DNA of 63,896 nt, filler included, from Platydemus manokwari (lineage: Eukaryota): the NCBI GenBank assembly GCA_037951405.1. It is 6 parts of 6 records of this genome, joined end to end, with 100 filler letters (N's around TTAATTAATTAA, not from the genome) between each part and the next. Parts side by side here need not be neighbours in the genome. Positions count along the whole stretch, not along the records: positions 55,055 to 63,896 come from JBBMOY011340760.1; 5 more parts are not named here. One strand, given 5' to 3'. This document shows positions 56,966 to 63,896 of the stretch, in pieces (the first letter of the stretch is position 1; each line of letters begins with the position of its first letter). The position numbers and the translations under genes are program-made. Below the pieces are notes generated by a model. It was not told where the DNA came from. It searched no databases and worked only from the letters and a program-made list of their open reading frames with translations.

Positions 56966-57915
56966 ATGTCTCATAATACTAATGATTTAGAAAAAAAAAT
57001 GGCTAATATTACAATAGGGTCATTATCAAATTATTTGTCAAACCATGATTACAGCGGCATTTCTCATGTACTGATTCAATCAAGACCCGAACAATTAAAA
57101 GGGAATATCAAAGAAATATTGGTAATATTTTTAAATACTTTACTTTAATGTACTGGCTTTAGATTACAATGAAAACAGATTCGGACATTTATAATATACT
57201 AAGCGCAATAACAGATTCTTTGAAAAGCGATTTAACTAATTGGAAGTCACCTGAGAGTATTAAGTCTATATTCAATGAAATAGAAGATATCTATTATTGC
57301 TTAATATCAGCTGGTAAACCCGATAAGTCAACACATCAGAAATATAATAATATTCTGGAAGAAGTTTTTACAAAATATCTGAATGATGTCGATAAGAAAT
57401 TACAGGAATTCATAACAGAACAGAAAGAAAATACATATATTTACGATTTAAGTGTGATTCTTCTTAATTTTACGCAGCTTTTAGATGTGAAAAATTACGA
57501 GCCTATTCTTTATCCCATGGCTAAATTTGGTGAAACTCTATTCCGCAAGTATAATCAAATCAACAAACTCCAATTGCTTATTGTGGAGTTTATTTTACAT
57601 ATAAACCACCGATTGGTAAATTATCTAGCAGTTGTTCCAGGCAATCCGATTTCAAAGGGTTTGAAAGAATCAATATTCATATATAGTACGATCAGAAACA
57701 ATATTGTCACTTTAAATTACAACCATCCCGAAATTATAACCAAAGCTCTGAGCATTCTCGAACATCGTTCAAGATTTTTCGGATTAACAGCTGACGCCAT
57801 TCCTGAGAACGAGAATCATGGAGATTATATCGTTGTTGATCCATTGAATACAGCTTTTGAAGATGACGATGTATATGATGATTATGAAAGATTCCTGGCG
57901 AATTTGCCAAATTAA
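56966..57915 (+). CDS. PAIP1: Divergent PAIP1-like (MIF4G/HEAT helical) protein, ~302 aa. Exons 56966-57121 and 57163-57915.
   Basis: A 41-nt phase-0 GTAATA...TTTAG intron fuses two ORFs. Helical composition. LSILEHRSRFFG...AIPENE resembles PAIP1 LKLVELRSSNWG...ATPEND, and the acidic tail EDDDVYDDYERFL resembles the PAM1 end (EMDPEIEEAYEKF). The gene model is firm; orthology is tentative. Confidence 0.55.
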
Positions 57916-58443
57916 ACTAATTAATATGTAAACTTTGTTTGGAATTATAAATTACTTCGTTTTGTTCTCTCGATAACTTAGTTCGATTTATTAAATGGTG
58001 GCTTTGTAAAACATTTGTATAGTATTATCGTAACGTTTTTGTATAATATCGCGATAATTTTTTTAATAATACAAATTAAATCCTTATCTAATCTCCAACA
58101 AAATGAACTCAAGTAATACTTTGTCGATATTATAAGATTATTTTGTATGAATCTTGTCTAGTGAAATGTTATTTAATTGTGTGCAAATTTTTCTTCAATT
58201 GATTATTGATTAAATTAAACCAAAATGTTGGCCATTTTGTTTTTGTATGATTTTTAATTTCTAAAATATTGAGACATTTTTTCGATTATGAAATGATGTT
58301 AAATTATTATTTTGAAGTTTTTTTTAAACATAAATACATTTTATTACGGGTAAATGCTTTCGTTTTCAATTTTAAATGTTAATTTGATTTATAAAACTTA
58401 AAAAGACAATAAAGTTGTTAAATTTATTGAAGATTTAAATGGG

Positions 58444-59019
58444 TTATTGTGAAATTGAATCCCTTTCTGCACCCATCAATGCCTTTTCAGCATTTTCATT
58501 CACAATCCTTATGTCAACTGAACTATTAATATGTTTCATCAATGGATATGCTTCTTCATTATCTAATAAATCAAAATCAGTAGAACGAATTTCTTCAATC
58601 TTGTGATACTGGTCTGCATTATCCATCTTATTCAAAATTTCTTGGTCTTCTATTTGAAAAAATCCTCTGATGGTTCTAAGAGCAATTCTATGCTGAGAAT
58701 AATTATTAACCTGAGACAAGTCCTTTAAAAAAGCATCTATCATACGCATTGCAATTTCATGCTTACCATATAACTGATGATAATAAATTTCTGTTAACCA
58801 ATATCCACTAATTTTAAATTTATCTTCTGCAATATCTGACGTAACTAAAGGCCTAGTTCTTATTATACAATTTGCAGTTTTTTCTATGTTGGATAAAACT
58901 ACATCGAATTTTGGATTTAAAAATAAACTGTCTCTAATCAAATGTTGTGGAGTCAAAAACGAATGATAAGTAATCCTTTTATTATATTGTGCATTTGAAA
59001 ACATACCATGAATCAATAA
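58444..59019 (-). CDS. Uncharacterised protein (~186-192 aa) directly downstream of RACK1; start either ATG 59004 or a spliced start at 59019
   Basis: A 195-codon stop-free frame in very AT-rich DNA, with protein-like composition. AAG acceptor-like site at 59022-59020 in phase 0. N-terminal ~30 residues lack acidic residues. No family recognised. Confidence 0.7.
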   Translation of the reverse strand, partial: LLIHGMFSNAQYNKRITYHSFLTPQHLIRDSLFLNPKFDVVLSNIEKTANCIIRTRPLVTSDIAEDKFKISGYWLTEIYYHQLYGKHEIAMRMIDAFLKDLSQVNNYSQHRIALRTIRGFFQIEDQEILNKMDNADQYHKIEEIRSTDFDLLDNEEAYPLMKHINSSVDIRIVNENAEKALMGAERDSISQ

Positions 59020-59064
59020 CTTTAAATTCAAATTTAATAAGAAAATAAAACATAAAATCCAATT

Positions 59065-59070
59065 TTTATT
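59065..59070 (-). promoter_or_regulatory. Candidate RACK1 polyadenylation signal
   Basis: AATAAA 8 nt after the stop codon, followed by a U/GU-rich tract TTTTATGTTTTATTTTCTT. Confidence 0.6.
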
Positions 59071-59078
59071 TAACTAAA

Positions 59079-60066
59079 TTAAGCAAGAGTAACTTGCCAA
59101 ACTCTGATAACATTGTCTGAATAACCGGCAAATAATGTTTGACCATCATGAGACCAGGACAAACAAGTTACTTCAGCGGCAATCTTTGATTTACCATCAA
59201 TAACTTCAGCTTTCAAATCTCCTACGAGGACTTTGTTTTCAAGATCCCAAATCTTGATTGATGAGCCAGTTGCAGCACATAACCAATATCTGTTTGGTGA
59301 GAAAGTAAGAGCATTGATAATGTCACCACCTTCCAAAGTGTACAAATGTCTTCCTTCAGACAAATCCCACAACATGGCTTGACCGTCTTTACCACCACTA
59401 GCACACAATGAACCATCTGGTGACACTGCAACGGTGTTCAAGTAACCATTGTGACCGTAATGGTTGGTTCTCAATTTGCAGTTTGACAAATTCCAAACTT
59501 TGACAACTTTGTCCCAACCGCAGCTAACAATGCTTGGATTTTCAGATGTTGGAGAAAATCTAACACAGCTAACCCAATCAGTGTGACCATCTTCTTGAAT
59601 GGTATATTTGCAAACACCCAAAGTGTTCCACAATTTAATAGTTCCATCTCTTGATCCAGAAACAATTTGACGATTATCAGCGCTGAAAGCAACACTAAGA
59701 ACATCTTTAGTATGTCCAACAAATCGTCTTGTGGTTTGTCCTGAAGTTAAATCCCACAATCTCAAGGTTCCGTCCCATGAACCAGATAAAGCAAATTGAC
59801 CGTCGCTTGACATAACAACATCGCTGACGAATCCGTTGTGTCCTTTCAAAGCTCTTTTGGCATATCCAAAGCTGGTTTCATCACGATTAAGTTCCCAAAT
59901 AATCAAAGATTTATCTAAAATTTAATTAAATACTTTTATAAAGATTATAATTTAAACCTCTTGAAGCAGAGATAAGTGTATTTGGGTAAACTGGATTTGT
60001 TGCTATTTGTGTAATAGGCCCATCATGTCCAGTTAAAGATCCTCTAAGAGTCAATTGTTCAACCAT
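59079..60066 (-). CDS. RACK1: Receptor for activated C kinase 1 (WD40 40S ribosomal protein), 314 aa. Exons 60066-59958 and 59914-59079.
   Basis: [14 protein letters not shown]...SASR|DKSLIIW...[21 protein letters not shown]...[28 protein letters not shown]...[11 protein letters not shown]...[19 protein letters not shown]. One 43-nt phase-1 GT-AG intron (59957-59915). Confidence 0.98.
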
Positions 60067-60419
60067 TCTTTTCAAATTTTATTATTTTTATAAATTTTAT
60101 TAACTAAAACAAATTATCAATTGTTTTTTGTTAGTTTTTATATTTTTATATACATTTTTTCATTTAAATTTAATTTTAAATTTTTTATTTTAAATTTAGG
60201 AATATAAGACTAAAAATAATTTTCAATTAGCATTTTATTTGTTGTGAACACTTTATAAAATCTATTTGATTCTCAAATAAATTTTCAAAGTATTTAAAAT
60301 ATTCTATATTGATATTGAAATTCATCATATTGGTAAGTAATTCAAAATATAGTTATAGTACGGGAATAACATTTCTAAAAGTTAAACCTGCAAATTTTAA
60401 AAAATTCATAAAATTAGAC

Positions 60420-60560
60420 TCATTTAATCAACTTCTATATTGCTCTTGATTAAGGCTACAGGTTTAATCTACTTTATTTTGTCTAAACTTTACCTCGTAC
60501 TTTTGTGTGATGACAATAGGTGTGACAATAGTGATAAATCTTATCTATTAGTCTCAACTA
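60420..60560 (-). repeat. Dispersed repeat family B, inverted partial copy
   Basis: Reverse complement ttgagactaata...tattgtc.tcacacaa...gtagatta..ctgt.gccttaatcaagagca matches 39370-39500. Confidence 0.75.
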
Positions 60561-63500
60561 ATGTATCTTAATTCCTGATTATGCTGACACCAATGAGAAT
60601 GAACAATAATTTATTATTCCTAGTTAAACTAAAACTGTAATTTCCTAAACAAATATTATTGCATCCAGCGGGACTCCTTGATAATTGCTACGAATTTGTA
60701 ATATCAATTAAGAGTTTAATATCAGTAAGGCTTGTGTGTCAACTTTGGCAGTCATTCATAATTCAATCATTTCAGGCCAAAGAGCAGCATCAGTTCCTCT
60801 GTCCAAAAGACCTTTTATTAAATTAGCTAAATATCCAGTAATTCGGTCTTCATACAGTTACTGAAGGCCCTGCGAACCAAAATATTTAACCTCAACTATC
60901 AACCCATAAAATTATTTAATAACGAGATAATATATTACTGGTTTTAATTTGATGAATAAATTTAATATTTATGGAATATAATGGGTTTTGCTTCAATGGG
61001 GTTTCTCAGCTATTATTATTTTATAAATTTACAGATAATAATTATTATAAATACGAATATATTATTTTATAAATACTATTTTAAACTGGTTTCACTAAAG
61101 CGTTCCAAGAAGTGTCACGACATGAAAAACTCTGATTAAATAAAAATTAATACAATAAATTAATTCAATAAATTTAGCCATGTATTGATATCTCAGTAGT
61201 TTCTCTTACATCTCTTGTGTCATTGGAGAATCTCGATGTTTGCTACCATTTGTTGGTATGCTCCAGTTGATTATTGAATTCTAAATATGGATTATAATAT
61301 GGAAAGAATCTGATTGGCTTTTGGCATGTCGCTTGCTGAATTTGTGTGTAACAACCCTTTGAAGGTTATTTCCATAGGTTTCGCAAACAATTGGTTGTTC
61401 TTGTTATCTATCTAAAAAATCTACGTCAAACATTATAGAAAAGATTTTCATAAACGAGATCAGAATAAACCCATCAATGAATGGGGCCAAATGTTGACCT
61501 ATCAAAGAATAGAAAGTATCCGATAAAAGATCTTACAATATTAATCAAAGTAAACAACCAACATAAACATCTATACAAAAGCATCTGTTTTGAAATTTTT
61601 TATTAATATATATATATATGAGTCTTTCTTGTCTTATGTATATGTTTCGAGCATAAAAATGAAATTGCATTTAATGAAAGAGTATGAAAAATCAGCGAAG
61701 ATAAAAAAACTATAAAATATCCGTGTCCTGGGACTTGAAAACTTTAGAGAGGGTATATATTGGGTACTATCAACGCACTATTAATTATAAATAATCATAC
61801 ATAAAATTGTATTAGCTACCAATTAGTCATACAAAATAGCAGCGTAATCTAAAAATACTACTAGTTTCACTTGACAAATTTTGATTCCGAATTACCTCCT
61901 GAGACTCAAAGAAATTTATCCCATGAATTTCTTATTAAAAAATTTGATATAGATAACATTTATGATGAACAATCTTTTAATATTTTACATTAATAATTTC
62001 CCTGCTTAGTTCAGTCAAACCAATAATTAATCTTTAACTAAACCGAAAACTGATAATTTGTTACGTGATTGCTAGAATTTTAGGTCCAATCATTTAGGCA
62101 TAAAAGTGAACCCTATTATAGTAATTGATTGAATTATTCTGTGAGCTTTTTGATAACAATTATGTTTTAATATTAATATTCCAGATTTTCTCATCGTTTT
62201 TATTTATATTTAAACCGTTATAATTAATAATAGCAACTGTAGCTATCGGAGTCAGATTATTATTCAAATATAGCCATTTTTATTTGAACAACTGATATTA
62301 GATCGTGACAACTCACTAAATTCCACACAAATGCATTTATTGGTGTTTTGGAAACATAAATTAATTTAATTGATCCATTGCATGAACTTTTAATGGACAC
62401 TTAAATCATTTTTATTTTGATAATTTTTTATCTTGTATAAATTTTGAATTTGTATACTTTTTCAACAACGAACCGGAATTAATTTATTTTTATTCTTTTA
62501 CTTTTTTATCGTATTCAATTCAAGTCACCATCAAAATGATACAGTTTTAAAAAAATATCATGAATAATAAATAATATAATTTTGCCATTTAAAATATAGT
62601 TAAGTAAGTAGATAATAATTAAGGAAAATCTTAAGCCTAATAAATATAATTATTTATATGTATTTAGATAAGTTTAATAAATACTAATATAAAAATAAAT
62701 AATAGTTGATATCAAATTAAATGATAAAATGTTTTCTGTAAAAATCAATATTAGAATTCTTGACAACCGTACTGAAAATTTTAAAATTTTTAAAAATGGT
62801 AATACGAATTAAGAAATAATCGATTAGTTGTCATCATTAATAGATTTTAGATTTATCTGCGATATTGGATGAGAAGAATCTTAAAATCGATTCATCACAA
62901 AATCAGAAATCATGAATAATCAATCTGAAAATCCAAATGTATCATTACATATCATTGATTTAATATAAATACATTTCTATTCGGTAATCGATGCAAGCCT
63001 AATGATGCCATTAAAATTGAATCTTTGAAAATAAATGCAATCGCTGAACAAGACGAATTCAGAAACAACGAATTTCAAAAGTTAATTTCGAAACATTGAA
63101 GAACTGTTTGATAGTATATATTTTGTTGAGTTTGTTTGGAAAATCGATAATTTTGTAGAGAAAAGATAGTAACCAATGAATTAAATTAACAAAATGATCT
63201 TTAGCAACCCCAACCATTTGTTACTTTTTTTTTTTTATCAATTCACATAATATTTCTTCTATCTTTAACGTATTAAAATTTTCAAACTGATGAAAACACA
63301 TTTATAATTGAGAATATGATATTATATTGCCTCAAATCAATTCACTGACCTCTAATCTGTTTTAGAAAGAGTAATTTTTCATATCTAGAGCTTTTTAAAA
63401 TCATATCAAGCTCTACTTTCATAAGGATTTAAATCAAAGGCAGCTGCTTTATCTCCAGTATTTTCCTTTTTATATTTTATAAATTTATAAGTGCATTTTC

Positions 63501-63896
63501 TTAGCTTGTTTTGTTTGATTAAGTACAATTGTAATTCTTCCAGCTTCTGCTGCACTTCACTAAACCTTGCTATTATTGCTAGTGATGGTGCCTTATGTTT
63601 TGTTCTATATAGTTACTTTTTTTTATCAATTATTTTTCTTAATTCATTAATAATTTCTTTACTCATGTTTATTTTTTCTGCATTATAATTAAATGACTTT
63701 GGTTTTTTGTTCCTAACTATCTGTTTTAAAAGTTTTACATTGTTACTCATTTTTAAACTTAATCATGAATGCTATATATTTTCCCTCGTTAATTAATAAT
63801 TTATCAGCCTTTTCTATTAATATATACTGGTCATCATAATTTTTGACACACCCGATAACCTCCGAAATAACTACCCGTTTTATATGAAATTTTGCT

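Noticed and set aside
59222-59722. Two alternative-frame ORFs inside RACK1
   Set aside because: Shadow frames of a conserved coding exon, with no independent support.
63250-63800. Possible LINE ORF1-like remnant on the - strand (AIIARF)
   Set aside because: Single weak motif at the window edge.
1-63896. Prokaryotic-type systems (CRISPR arrays, defence operons), rRNA and tRNA genes
   Set aside because: The DNA is intron-containing and eukaryotic. No repeat-spacer array, cloverleaf or rRNA-like segment was seen by eye.

Overview
This is an AT-rich, repeat-dense eukaryotic scaffold, probably an invertebrate animal. The gene content and 41-55 nt introns fit a flatworm or other spiralian, but the species cannot be fixed from sequence. 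Five 100-nt assembly gaps each contain a synthetic TTAATTAATTAA linker. Genes reconstructed by hand through GT-AG introns: a secreted ependymin-related protein (1726-2313, +); a 4-exon claudin/PMP22-type tetraspan protein (5992-6967, -); the 3' seven exons of an M17 leucyl aminopeptidase (19007-21914, -), with a decayed copy of its last two exons downstream; a divergent PAIP1-like protein (56966-57915, +); RACK1 (59079-60066, -); and an uncharacterised ORF that starts only ~60 nt after the RACK1 stop on the same strand. The rest is largely transposon debris: hAT/Buster, mariner, Tc1-like, Gypsy integrase, LINE RT and several LTR-like families. Best leads: (1) a candidate dicistronic, SL-trans-spliced RACK1 operon; (2) four consecutive introns of exactly 47 nt with weak splice sites; (3) a two-copy peptide under purifying selection that the ORF track misses; (4) a TRIM-like mini-retroelement; (5) a foldback-like element carrying a Tc1-type DNA-binding domain. 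All family calls come from recalled motifs, not database searches.
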